A stretch of DNA of 43,596 nt from a phage: the sequence record PX871048.2; one strand, given 5' to 3'. A program made the translations under genes and the position numbers. The notes below the pieces were generated by a model. The model saw only the letters and a program-made list of their open reading frames with translations, was not told where the DNA came from and ran no database searches. Positions 9,385 to 17,869 of the stretch are shown here, piece by piece (the first letter of the stretch is position 1; each line of letters opens with the position of its first letter).

Positions 9385-10811
9385 TTCTTACTCCTACGTT
9401 TCATGTAATTAAGCAGCTCTTCCTGTACAGATTTCTTCTCATCTGTACGCGCGGCAACAACCTCGTCCAGCGTGTCTTTAGCAACGATGTGATAGAGAAA
9501 CACCGGGCGCTCGTGGCCTGCCTGTTTCTGGCGGACCGGGCCTATACGCTCGACAACCTGCAAATAGTGCTCAAGGTTCCAGCCTTGCGAGATGAACGCC
9601 AGATGATGTCCGCCATCCTGTAAATTCAAACCATGCCCGGCTGACGCAGGGTGTACGCATAAGATTTCTATTTCGCCGCGGTTCCACGCTTCCATCTGCT
9701 TATTACCCTTAGCACCTTTGGCAAACGCCTGTGCTTGCGGGAATCGTTTAAGGATGCGCTCCAGTTCGTGCTTGAACTGATAGGCTACCAGTAGCGGCGC
9801 GCCCTGTAACTCCTCAACAATTGACTCCAGCGCATCCAGTTTCGTGTCGTGCACTTTCTCCCAGTCTTTTGTCGCTTCTCCGTCTGGTCCCGACACATAT
9901 ACGGCACCGGATGCAATCTGCAAACACTTCGACGTCTTCGCTGCCGCGTTAGCTGCCTCAACTTCTCCGCTCTCCAGTTCCGCAAATAACTTCTCCTCCA
10001 TATCTATGTACGCCTGACGCGCTTTCTTCGGCAGGTCGATTTCAACAGGTACGATAACCGGCGCTTCGCATCCGAACCACTCAGCGGCGTCAATCGTGAG
10101 ACTGATGTCCTTCATCTTCTGGTGGATTTCAGTATCCGCACCCGGGCGGGCGTGGTACTCACGTGCCATAGCCGATTTGCCTTTTTGCACCGAGTTAAAC
10201 CAGCGGTCGGTGAATGCCGTGTACGATGAACCAAGTCGCTCGCCTGCGTCGATAAACCAGTTCTGCCCCCACAGGTCTTTGAGGCCGTTTGGCGACGGCG
10301 TACCTGTCAGGTTAATGAACCGCTTAACCTTGCCGAACGCCACTTTGCTGAGTGCCTTCGCGCGCTTGCTGCCGCCAGAACGGCTACGGAAAGATTTAAG
10401 TTTCGTGCTTTCATCGGCAACGATAACCGTAAAAGGCCAGTCGTCTTTGCCGTAGTAGTCAATCAGCCACTCGATAACTTCGTAGTTCGTACACACTACG
10501 TTAGCATCCGACTCCAGCGCCGCGATGCGGCGCTTCTCTGAACCAGTCGCATCGACGACACGCAGACAAGGGAAGTTCCAACGTGCCTGTTCCGCGGGCC
10601 ACGTACCTGACGCAACACGTAAAGGGGCAAGAATTAACACTCGGTCGTCGTCATTAAGTTGCCCATTACGGAACAGTCGATTGAGAACCCACAACGTTGA
10701 CCCCGACTTGCCGCTGCCCATCGAAGCCCAAATATTACAGCGAGGGTGCCGCAGCATGAACGAAGTCATGAGCTTTTGGTACTCTCGACGGATAAATTTA
10801 GACATAATCAA
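9381..10811 (-). CDS. SF2 (SNF2/DEAD-like) DNA helicase
   Basis: Walker A SMGSGKSGST, Walker B VIVADEST, 476 aa. Confidence 0.75.
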   Translation of the reverse strand: MIMSKFIRREYQKLMTSFMLRHPRCNIWASMGSGKSGSTLWVLNRLFRNGQLNDDDRVLILAPLRVASGTWPAEQARWNFPCLRVVDATGSEKRRIAALESDANVVCTNYEVIEWLIDYYGKDDWPFTVIVADESTKLKSFRSRSGGSKRAKALSKVAFGKVKRFINLTGTPSPNGLKDLWGQNWFIDAGERLGSSYTAFTDRWFNSVQKGKSAMAREYHARPGADTEIHQKMKDISLTIDAAEWFGCEAPVIVPVEIDLPKKARQAYIDMEEKLFAELESGEVEAANAAAKTSKCLQIASGAVYVSGPDGEATKDWEKVHDTKLDALESIVEELQGAPLLVAYQFKHELERILKRFPQAQAFAKGAKGNKQMEAWNRGEIEILCVHPASAGHGLNLQDGGHHLAFISQGWNLEHYLQVVERIGPVRQKQAGHERPVFLYHIVAKDTLDEVVAARTDEKKSVQEELLNYMKRRSKK

Positions 10812-11002
10812 CCCTTAACGTAGAGCACCAGCTCTTTACGCCCGAACGCCGTAACGTTACCCGTTACATCTTCGATAACCAGTTTACCGTTCGACTCGAC
10901 GAACACCGTATCAACGGCAACCGGACGTCGGGTCTTAACGTTGAAAATCATGTCGCCCGGTACGATGTCACGTGCGGGTTTGCGGTCATATTCGTGTTTC
11001 AT
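10808..11002 (-). CDS. hypothetical protein
   Basis: 64-aa ORF overlapping helicase start by 4 nt; RBS AAGGA. Confidence 0.45.
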   Translation of the reverse strand: MKHEYDRKPARDIVPGDMIFNVKTRRPVAVDTVFVESNGKLVIEDVTGNVTAFGRKELVLYVKG

Positions 11003-11041
11003 TTCTCAATTCCTTATAGTTAAGGCCCCGAAGGGCCTGTA

Positions 11042-11296
11042 TTAGTTAGATAATTCGCCTTGAACTTGCTTAATAAGTTCTCTGGCCGTTGTGAAGTCTA
11101 CGGACAGCCCTTTAGCGACGTCTTCCGCAAGCACCTTGTGGCCAACTGACCCGAAGCCCAGGATACGGTTTACTTCCGAAACCTTCATAGACCATGAGTA
11201 ATTAACTGACGCCCCTGTGTATTTACCGATACGAACAGATGAATCGATTGAACCAATAATCATGGTGTTTACTGACAGTTGAAGTTCGATAGCCAT
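11042..11296 (-). CDS. hypothetical protein
   Basis: 84-aa ORF directly downstream of minus promoter at about 11331-11359. Confidence 0.45.
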   Translation of the reverse strand: MAIELQLSVNTMIIGSIDSSVRIGKYTGASVNYSWSMKVSEVNRILGFGSVGHKVLAEDVAKGLSVDFTTARELIKQVQGELSN

Positions 11297-11297
11297 T

Positions 11298-11612
11298 TTA
11301 TAATTCCTTATATTGTTGAGGTATGTGCTTACTATAATAGTCTGCTATTAGGGTGTCAATCTGTTTTATCGAACCAACGACAAAAACATTCGCGCCACGT
11401 TTACGCATCCGCTCGTGCTCGCGTAACTGGTGTGGGTCTGGCTTCGTGCTTTCATCTTTCTTAACCTCAACGAACCAGATGATGCCGCCGGGGAGGATTA
11501 CCAACAGGTCGGGCGCTCCGTTTCGGCCCTCATACACTATCTTACGAACGAGGCCCCCCAGGGCCTCGAATCGGTCTTTCGCGTATTTCTGTACGCGGCC
11601 CTCTTTAGTCAT
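11298..11612 (-). CDS. VRR-NUC domain nuclease
   Basis: PD-(D/E)XK-like GAPDLLVILPGG..VEVKK motif; start taken at ATG 11612 (MTKEG), coupled to upstream micro-ORF via ATGA. Confidence 0.6.
   Translation of the reverse strand: MTKEGRVQKYAKDRFEALGGLVRKIVYEGRNGAPDLLVILPGGIIWFVEVKKDESTKPDPHQLREHERMRKRGANVFVVGSIKQIDTLIADYYSKHIPQQYKEL
11331..11359 (-). promoter_or_regulatory. sigma70-type promoter, class II (TTGACA-17-TATAGT) with AATAG-N4-CTATT palindrome in spacer
   Basis: minus-strand reading TTGACA CCCTAATAGCAGACTAT TATAGT. Confidence 0.55.
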
Positions 11613-11761
11613 GGGCGTAGAACCCAAGTAAGGAAAGCCCCTCCTAGAACGGCAACACCGACAAACTTAAAGAACAGGCCATAACAGAACATCGTGGCTA
11701 TTCCCGCCCCGAGTAACAGTGCAAGCATGGTTACTATTGCCCAAAATACAAACATTGTCAT
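11609..11761 (-). CDS. small membrane protein (50 aa, two hydrophobic segments)
   Basis: ATGA overlaps at both ends; hydrophobic; below track cutoff. Confidence 0.4.
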   Translation of the reverse strand: MTMFVFWAIVTMLALLLGAGIATMFCYGLFFKFVGVAVLGGAFLTWVLRP

Positions 11762-11847
11762 AATACACACCCCTCACGTTTCGTGTGCTCAATCCCGCAG
11801 CGCGGACAGATTCGACAGTCTTCTTCATAGAACCAGTAGATTTTCAT
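11758..11847 (-). CDS. 29-aa peptide with C-x2-C-x2-C motif
   Basis: ATGA overlap with both neighbours; MKIYWFYEEDCRICPRCG.. Confidence 0.3.
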   Translation of the reverse strand: MKIYWFYEEDCRICPRCGIEHTKREGCVL

Positions 11848-11975
11848 TCCAGCACCCACAGATAAATTGCGATGAACATACCTAATACGGCTACAATCAT
11901 GCCGTATTGGCCCTCGTGACAGTAGACACCGGCGGCAAATCCCGCCAGTACTGTGATAATCAGTTTACTTAGCAT
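11844..11975 (-). CDS. small membrane protein (43 aa)
   Basis: start overlaps last codons of polymerase gene; hydrophobic. Confidence 0.35.
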   Translation of the reverse strand: MLSKLIITVLAGFAAGVYCHEGQYGMIVAVLGMFIAIYLWVLE

Positions 11976-14238
11976 AACGGTACACCTCTCCCCCAGCCCA
12001 TGTTAACGGGAACCCTTCGGCCCACTCAGGTAATGAGCATAGCAGGTCACCCATCTCTTTAACCGTGTACTCTGGCGTGTCTGGCGTTTCGGCAACACAT
12101 TCGTCATGTACGTGGAGTACAATTGGGTAGCCCGCCGCCTCGACCGTCAGGAGTCCGTTAACCAGTAAATCACGGCACAACGCCTGGATGATGTTTTCAC
12201 ACAATTTTCCGCCGTGTGTGTACAAAGTTGTCCACTGGCGGGTGGTCTGATTTTCGCCCTGGTATTTAATGCGAACGTTAGTTGTTACACGCCCGTCCTC
12301 GTCGGTCTCTTTAGTGACGCTTAAGCCTATGCCAGGGTAGGACATGATGCGCCCCGACGGCAGCTCCACGCACAACCACCAACCTGGCACAAAGTTACCT
12401 TGTCTGTCTTTCTCCTTAGTACGCCAGATGCGAATAGCTCTGTCGCCGTTGGGGCGGACTCTGGCCCCCGCCCAAAACTCTCGTCCCGGATTTCTAATTG
12501 CAGCAATCACCGAATCCTTAAGGTCGTTCCAGAATTTCACTGTTTCCGGATGGGCCTCACGCCACATGCGCTTGATAGCATCGCAAGTGCGCCAGACTTC
12601 TTTAGGCAGCACATAAGAGGCCCGTTCATCCTTTTTACCGGGTTTTGGGGGCCGCTTAGCCTCCTGAATCCGCGCCCATTCATAGCCTCGGGCAGTGGCG
12701 GCCCATATATGGTCAGGGAATGTTCCCCGCATTGTCTCCGTCATTTTAAAGAGGTCCAGCCCGTAAGTTTTAGCCATAGTCATGAAGGCCCCCACGCCCC
12801 CCTCGTAGCCGAGGCCGAGCTCGCAACATTTCCCGACCTGTCGCAGGTCTTTACGGGTGGCTTTCAGTTCTATGGGGTCCATACCAAACATCTTGCCCGC
12901 AGTGGCGCAATAAATATCAATCCCCGCGCGGAACGTCTCAAGCGCGGATGTCTCCCCCGCGGTCCAGGCCAACCCGCGCCCTTCTACGTTTGAGTAGTCG
13001 GCAACGAGCAACTTATTACCCTTTTCAGGGATGATGCAACTGCGAACAGTCGAGGCTGTCAGCTTGGATACGTCGAAACGACGGTGCGCCCGACCCTTTA
13101 GCAGCAGATTGATGCCGAACGATAGGGGGTTGAGACGACGGTTCCAGTCTTCGTCGGACTCCCACGGCTGGCGCACAAGTTTCTTTTCCTCGTTAGTCGG
13201 GTCGTCGTGGTAGTACCCGCGCGACAGGTTCTGCGGTTGGAACCCTTTACCCGCAAATCGTAAAGTGCGCTTTGCCCCACCGTACTGGATGCAACCGCGG
13301 CGGCGGCCGTCTTTGGACCGTCCTAGCAGGAGCGGTTTGTATTTTGTCGACGCCGTGGAGGCCGCGCCGAGGCGCATCTCAATGATTGTGCGCGCATCGT
13401 CAGGTAAGTCGTCGTCCTCTAGCAAACCTTCGAGCGTTGCTTTCTGTGCATTATAGATATTGTAGGCCGGTGCCAGCTCCCGAAGGATTGGCAGGAAGTC
13501 TTTACCCGTTAGCTTCCCGCCAAATTTAGCCCTGGCCTCGTTTTTTAGCTCTTGCTTGTGGCGTTCAACTGCTGCTACCGCCGCCTCAGCAAGAGCCGCA
13601 TCAACAAAGAAGCCTCGGTCGTTGATTAACTGGTCAAGTTCAAGTACACGGTCCTCGAAATCGGAGTTACCCCAACGTGGCAGCTTATGGAAGACTTCAC
13701 GCATCGCTGTGATGTCGCTCACGGCATACTTGATGAACAGGGCCCACTCGTCAGGGTGAGTTTCTGCGGTGTAGCGGCGGATTTTGTAGTTCTTCGGCGT
13801 CGGTTTAGAGAAACGCTTAATCAGCGCCTTGCCGCGTTTATCTTTTGCATTGTCGGCGGATACGCCCAGCACTTCGCACAATGCGTCAAGTGACCCCGGC
13901 AGCGCGTGACGAAACGCCCAAATCATCGTATCAATGGTGTTGCTTACCGGAATATCAAAGTCCCAGCAGTGCTTCATGACGAGCCTGTCGAACATTGAGC
14001 CGTTGTGCCACACCATCTTAATACGACTGTTTGGCTTAACCAGGCGGCGCAAGGCGCGATGCAAATCCCCCGGCATGTCGCTGCCGTCAGTGCAGTCCCA
14101 TACCTGAACAGGCTCGTCATCAAAAGCATAGGTGCAGATGAGCACTTCGGTAGTCGGGTGTTCGGCGTAAGCATAGGAGCCGACTTTCTTCAAATCGGCT
14201 TCGGAGAAGGTTTCAAAGTCTAAGAACAGATAACTCAT
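11965..14238 (-). CDS. family A DNA polymerase with 3-prime-5-prime exonuclease domain
   Basis: Exo I motif LDFETFS; polymerase motif A LLVADYSNVEGR, motif B RQVGKCCELGLGYEGG, motif C HVHDE; 757 aa. Confidence 0.9.
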   Translation of the reverse strand: MSYLFLDFETFSEADLKKVGSYAYAEHPTTEVLICTYAFDDEPVQVWDCTDGSDMPGDLHRALRRLVKPNSRIKMVWHNGSMFDRLVMKHCWDFDIPVSNTIDTMIWAFRHALPGSLDALCEVLGVSADNAKDKRGKALIKRFSKPTPKNYKIRRYTAETHPDEWALFIKYAVSDITAMREVFHKLPRWGNSDFEDRVLELDQLINDRGFFVDAALAEAAVAAVERHKQELKNEARAKFGGKLTGKDFLPILRELAPAYNIYNAQKATLEGLLEDDDLPDDARTIIEMRLGAASTASTKYKPLLLGRSKDGRRRGCIQYGGAKRTLRFAGKGFQPQNLSRGYYHDDPTNEEKKLVRQPWESDEDWNRRLNPLSFGINLLLKGRAHRRFDVSKLTASTVRSCIIPEKGNKLLVADYSNVEGRGLAWTAGETSALETFRAGIDIYCATAGKMFGMDPIELKATRKDLRQVGKCCELGLGYEGGVGAFMTMAKTYGLDLFKMTETMRGTFPDHIWAATARGYEWARIQEAKRPPKPGKKDERASYVLPKEVWRTCDAIKRMWREAHPETVKFWNDLKDSVIAAIRNPGREFWAGARVRPNGDRAIRIWRTKEKDRQGNFVPGWWLCVELPSGRIMSYPGIGLSVTKETDEDGRVTTNVRIKYQGENQTTRQWTTLYTHGGKLCENIIQALCRDLLVNGLLTVEAAGYPIVLHVHDECVAETPDTPEYTVKEMGDLLCSLPEWAEGFPLTWAGGEVYRYAK

Positions 14239-14253
14239 TATTTTGACCCTTAG

Positions 14254-14276
14254 TAAAAAGGCCCAATAAAGGGCCT
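14254..14276 (-). terminator. hairpin plus T-tract (partial terminator/attenuator between SSB-like gene and polymerase)
   Basis: AGGCCC-AATAAA-GGGCCT followed on minus strand by TTTTT. Confidence 0.5.
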
Positions 14277-14296
14277 TAATTAAACAGATTCAGATA

Positions 14297-14929
14297 TTAA
14301 CCACGGCGACGACGTTCGCGGCGCGGTGCTTCATCTTCTTCGTCGTCTTCCAGGTCGTCGGTGCTCGCTACTACACTGGAGCCGCCGAAGCGTTTACCTT
14401 CGCCCATATACTTGATGCCGAGGATGGTAGCGCACAGGTTTTTCCAATCTTTGTGCCACCATAATTCTACAGATACGTTTGCGATACATCCGCTATATAC
14501 CTGCTCGCCTTCTATTTCTTTCCCGTCGATGTTGAAATCAGGCTCGGTTTGTTTTTCACCTTTAGCCGATGTCATAATCACCGGTTGGCGGTTGTTTGTA
14601 GCGCGGAAATACAGACCTTCTTCAAAATCCTCAATCGGATTATCTCGCATTGCCAGGTCACGTACACAGCACTTGTCCGCGTGGTGGTCTACGCCGTAGT
14701 TGGCCTTCATCCATTTTTCAGCCGCAGCGGTCCCGATCGCCTCTGTTACAACTTCCAGTGCGGTGTCGTAAAGCGCGTCGATTTGAGGGTGGTCAGGCTG
14801 CATAAGAACCGTAACCTGGTATTTGCCTTTAATCAGTTTACCGGTTTTCTTGTCCTCAGAGTCGGCAGCACGTTCAAATACGTTAACCCATGCAGTGTTT
14901 ACTCTACGCAGATTCAGTTTAATACCCAT
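14297..14929 (-). CDS. ssDNA-binding protein-like (DUF2815-type) with acidic C-terminal tail
   Basis: 210 aa, C-terminus DDLEDDEEDEAP; usual neighbour of Cas4-like exonuclease and PolA in phage replication modules. Confidence 0.55.
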   Translation of the reverse strand: MGIKLNLRRVNTAWVNVFERAADSEDKKTGKLIKGKYQVTVLMQPDHPQIDALYDTALEVVTEAIGTAAAEKWMKANYGVDHHADKCCVRDLAMRDNPIEDFEEGLYFRATNNRQPVIMTSAKGEKQTEPDFNIDGKEIEGEQVYSGCIANVSVELWWHKDWKNLCATILGIKYMGEGKRFGGSSVVASTDDLEDDEEDEAPRRERRRRG

Positions 14930-14987
14930 CGTGATTTCTCGCTTTTAAGTTTCGTTTACTCCGGGAACTGCCCGGCCAGTGATTAGA

Positions 14988-15016
14988 AATATAATAGCTA
15001 ACTATTCAGGTGTCAA
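14988..15016 (-). promoter_or_regulatory. sigma70-type promoter, class II (TTGACA-17-TATATT) with AATAG-N4-CTATT palindrome
   Basis: minus-strand reading TTGACA CCTGAATAGTTAGCTAT TATATT; leader contains hairpin CCGGGAACTGCCCGG. Confidence 0.55.
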
Positions 15017-15279
15017 CCCTTCCAGCCAGTTATTTTCTCAACTATCAGTACGTATTCGAAAGGCCACTCCAAATTCTGTACCCATTTAATTTCCTTTGTC
15101 GAGTCCAGTTGCTCGGGGTCTACCGTTTCATACTTAATCGCAACGTAGACCGTGAGTGGGAGAAGGATAATTAGAAGCGGCACTAACATTGCCCAGTAAC
15201 AAACAAATGCCACAAACCCACCAAAAACCCTGAACGTTTTACGAATCATTCCAAATCCTCCTCTGTTACCTGATTCCAC
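15013..15279 (-). CDS. small membrane protein
   Basis: 88 aa with two hydrophobic helices (FGGFVAFVCYWAMLVPLLIILLPLTVYVAI). Confidence 0.45.
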   Translation of the reverse strand: MESGNRGGFGMIRKTFRVFGGFVAFVCYWAMLVPLLIILLPLTVYVAIKYETVDPEQLDSTKEIKWVQNLEWPFEYVLIVEKITGWKG

Positions 15280-16496
15280 TCAGGCCGTTTGTCGTCTGCC
15301 GTTGTGACACATGGCGCGCCTGGCTTACGGGTAATAAACGGCTCAAGCGCGGCCATCTCATCCGCCGAAAGAACTTTTGCTGCCTCCGTAGGGGACATCA
15401 ATACCTCTTTTTTGAGAATGTCGCCGTGTGACACTTCAATCGCATCGGCATCTTTCCACGCACGATTACCTGGGCGGCCTTCAACGAGTTTGTACCCCGG
15501 CACTTTCTTACCAGAATACAAAGCGGCGGCCATAGCTTTCTCAACCTTGTCGATGTGCTGGCGCAACAACGGCAACTTCTCATACTCAGCTACGAGTTGC
15601 TCAGGCGTAAGTTCCAGTGCAAAGTCGTCCTCCAGTTCTTCCGCCAGCACCGCGTTAACCGTCTTTGTACGCGCGGCGCACTGTTCAGAGAACCGGCACC
15701 ACTGGCAACCATCGACCGACGGCTTGAAGTCCGACGCTTTAAGGTTCTTCTTGCCGCGGAAATAGGCATCAAGAGCTAACAGCGCGCGTTTGCGTGCGAA
15801 CTTAGCGAACAGTTCCAGACCTTCAACCGAGATGTCCCACTCCGACGCACCCCCAGCGTACGGCTGGAAGATGACCAGACGAACAACTGTGATGTTATAT
15901 CGTCTCTTGAGGCGGCGATAAACACCGAGAGCGTATAGCATAAGCTGTTTGTTTTCTTTCGCTTCGACACGATGCCGTCCGGTTTTCAGGTCACCAATAA
16001 TGAGCATGTGCGCGTCGGTGTTCGCCAGTTCCTGAACAGCAACAAGGTCGGCGGTTCCGAACGTCTCAACGCCTTCATACCCAGGATGCAACACCTCAGT
16101 GAGATTTACGCGCATTTCTAGCTTGGCGTAAGTCGCTACATCGATAATCGCTTTGCAGTAGTCGGTGTGCTTGCGCACCTGCTCAATCATGTCGGCCGTA
16201 ATCAGTACCGCGCCTTTCATAGGGCTGATTAGAGCCTTAATCTGGCCTTTACCCTCGTCCAGCACGTAAGCACCTACTTCACGCTCTAACGGCAACGCAG
16301 TGCCTTTGATGTACTGGTTTAGATGGACCTCTGCTATAGTGTGGCACGCGGTTCCCGTAACGGCGGATTTACCAGATGTATTAGGAATATCTTTTTCACA
16401 GGCCAGTGATGCGGCACAACTCAGCCACTTTTTAGCCCCAGACGGCGACAGCAGGGCGTGCACATCGTTATTGCCGCCGCGTTCCTTTAAAATCAT
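15246..16496 (-). CDS. PD-(D/E)XK exonuclease, Cas4/RecB-like (DUF2800-type) with C-terminal Cys cluster
   Basis: IIGDLKTG..VEAKENKQLMLYALGVY nuclease motifs; C-terminal CQWCRFSEQC; start set at ATG 16496 (MILKERGG) with GGAG RBS. Confidence 0.7.
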   Translation of the reverse strand: MILKERGGNNDVHALLSPSGAKKWLSCAASLACEKDIPNTSGKSAVTGTACHTIAEVHLNQYIKGTALPLEREVGAYVLDEGKGQIKALISPMKGAVLITADMIEQVRKHTDYCKAIIDVATYAKLEMRVNLTEVLHPGYEGVETFGTADLVAVQELANTDAHMLIIGDLKTGRHRVEAKENKQLMLYALGVYRRLKRRYNITVVRLVIFQPYAGGASEWDISVEGLELFAKFARKRALLALDAYFRGKKNLKASDFKPSVDGCQWCRFSEQCAARTKTVNAVLAEELEDDFALELTPEQLVAEYEKLPLLRQHIDKVEKAMAAALYSGKKVPGYKLVEGRPGNRAWKDADAIEVSHGDILKKEVLMSPTEAAKVLSADEMAALEPFITRKPGAPCVTTADDKRPEWNQVTEEDLE

Positions 16497-16765
16497 GCTC
16501 TGTTCTCCCACTGGTCGATTAAATGTCGTGTCTTGTGGCCGCAATGTAAGGCCCATCCATACATCGACTCGAAGACATAAAAGTCAGGTTTGGCGAATGT
16601 CGTGCGCTTAATCTGCGACACGTGACGGCCTATATCTTCAGGGCGCGGTACTTTGCCTAAGTACGCCATCTCTTCCATCTGGTGTGCACCGGACGGCGCA
16701 CGCAACAGCCATAGCGCCTCTGTGTTATCCCGCCTGTCCACGGCGCGGTAGAGTTGGTAAATCAT
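16493..16765 (-). CDS. hypothetical protein
   Basis: 90-aa ORF, ATGA-coupled to exonuclease gene. Confidence 0.45.
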   Translation of the reverse strand: MIYQLYRAVDRRDNTEALWLLRAPSGAHQMEEMAYLGKVPRPEDIGRHVSQIKRTTFAKPDFYVFESMYGWALHCGHKTRHLIDQWENRA

Positions 16766-17004
16766 TCGGCGTCCCTCGCTTCCAGCATTGCATCAGCCAT
16801 GATGTACGCCTTTTGCGCTACTTGCGCGGTGTTCCCTGCAGCTACAGGGTGAACTGCATCCGCTGGGTAACTAGCAAGCCACCCTTGAAGGGCTTTAGCC
16901 GCGAAATAATCGCGTAATGTCATGCCATCTTCCGTAGTCCAATCTGAGTTGAAGCCCACGTTACCCAACATAGGGAAAGCCTGTCCGCCTGTATTTTTAC
17001 GCAT
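16762..17004 (-). CDS. hypothetical protein
   Basis: 80-aa ORF, RBS GAGGG. Confidence 0.45.
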   Translation of the reverse strand: MRKNTGGQAFPMLGNVGFNSDWTTEDGMTLRDYFAAKALQGWLASYPADAVHPVAAGNTAQVAQKAYIMADAMLEARDAE

Positions 17005-17047
17005 AATTCCGACCCTCAGTTAAAGCGGCCCGAAGGCCGCGGGATAG

Positions 17048-17512
17048 TTATTCTTCTTCGAAATACTTGTTCTTGATTGCCGTCAGGCGTTCCAGGTATT
17101 CGGCCAGGTCTTCGTCTTTAATCGCGGCAATCTTCATCTTCTTACCGGTGAACTCTTCCAGCAGTTCGTCAGAATCATCACACGCGGCGTCGCTAGGGCC
17201 TTCGTTGATCGCATCGTCGATAGCCTGAATCTGGTCGCGCAGAGACTGGTAATCGACTTCTTCTTTCTCTTCTTCCGGCTCTGGCGTTGGTTCCTCTACT
17301 TTAGCTTTACGCGGCTTGCGTTTCGGCTTCTCTTCTTCTTCTGCCGGTTTAGTGTCAACGATGTCTTCACCTTCGACCGGGATTTCTTTTGTTGCAACAG
17401 TAGGCGTGATTGTTGCAGTTTCAGCAACGACAACTTGTTTCGCACTGTTCGCGGCAATCAGTTCATGCGCAACTACGAAACGTTCCAGTAATACTAAGAA
17501 TTTCTCTAACAT
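17048..17512 (-). CDS. acidic protein, first gene of replication operon
   Basis: 154 aa, E/D-rich with basic KPKRKPRKAK patch; RBS GAGAGGAG; downstream of promoter at about 17544-17572. Confidence 0.5.
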   Translation of the reverse strand: MLEKFLVLLERFVVAHELIAANSAKQVVVAETATITPTVATKEIPVEGEDIVDTKPAEEEEKPKRKPRKAKVEEPTPEPEEEKEEVDYQSLRDQIQAIDDAINEGPSDAACDDSDELLEEFTGKKMKIAAIKDEDLAEYLERLTAIKNKYFEEE

Positions 17513-17543
17513 TATTTATTCTCCTCTCGTTTGGTATGTGCCA

Positions 17544-17572
17544 ACTATAATAGCGAACTATTCACTTGTCAA
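17544..17572 (-). promoter_or_regulatory. sigma70-type promoter, class II (TTGACA-17-TATAGT) with AATAG-N4-CTATT palindrome
   Basis: minus-strand reading TTGACA AGTGAATAGTTCGCTAT TATAGT; divergent from HTH regulator gene. Confidence 0.6.
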
Positions 17573-17591
17573 TGGGCTTTTCTAAAATAAT

Positions 17592-17605
17592 TAATATGGT
17601 ACTAT
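17592..17605 (+). promoter_or_regulatory. imperfect operator copy (AATAT-GGTA-CTATT) overlapping -10 TACTAT upstream of HTH gene
   Basis: shares TACTATTCA core with class I promoters; weak -35. Confidence 0.4.
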
Positions 17606-17636
17606 TCACATATCAACTAACTAAGGAGTAATTGAC

Positions 17637-17852
17637 ATGCAACCATCTGAACTAGGCATCCGTGTAGAACAGCGCCGTAAAGAACTCGGTATCTCTCAGC
17701 GCCGTCTGGCGGTCCTGACCGGGGTTTCCCAGGGCGCAATTAACCAGCTTGCGCTCGGTGTAACTCAGGACGTCCGCCCGGCGACGCTGTTTAAACTGGC
17801 GGAAGTGCTGCAAGTAGACGCCAAGTGGCTGGCGTTCGGTGAAGGGGCTTAA
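17637..17852 (+). CDS. XRE-family (Cro/CI-type) helix-turn-helix transcriptional regulator
   Basis: 71 aa, LGISQRRLAVLTGVSQGAINQLALG HTH signature; RBS AAGGAG; divergent from replication operon. Confidence 0.8.
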   Translation: MQPSELGIRVEQRRKELGISQRRLAVLTGVSQGAINQLALGVTQDVRPATLFKLAEVLQVDAKWLAFGEGA

Positions 17853-17868
17853 CGCCCCTTTCTTTTTA
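17841..17868 (+). terminator. rho-independent terminator (AGGGGC-TTAAC-GCCCCT plus T-run)
   Basis: hairpin spanning stop codon followed by TTTCTTTTT. Confidence 0.65.
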
Positions 17869-17869
17869 C

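Noticed and set aside
11694-11885. Plus-strand 63-aa ORF and neighbours between polymerase and VRR-NUC
   Set aside because: The minus strand carries three ATGA-coupled micro-ORFs matching the operon orientation; the plus ORF has no promoter or RBS.
12344-14223. Plus-strand ORFs inside the DNA polymerase gene (12344..12616, 12400..12993 and others)
   Set aside because: Antisense to a gene with clear polymerase motifs; Arg/Ser/Pro-rich products typical of antisense reading of GC-rich coding DNA.
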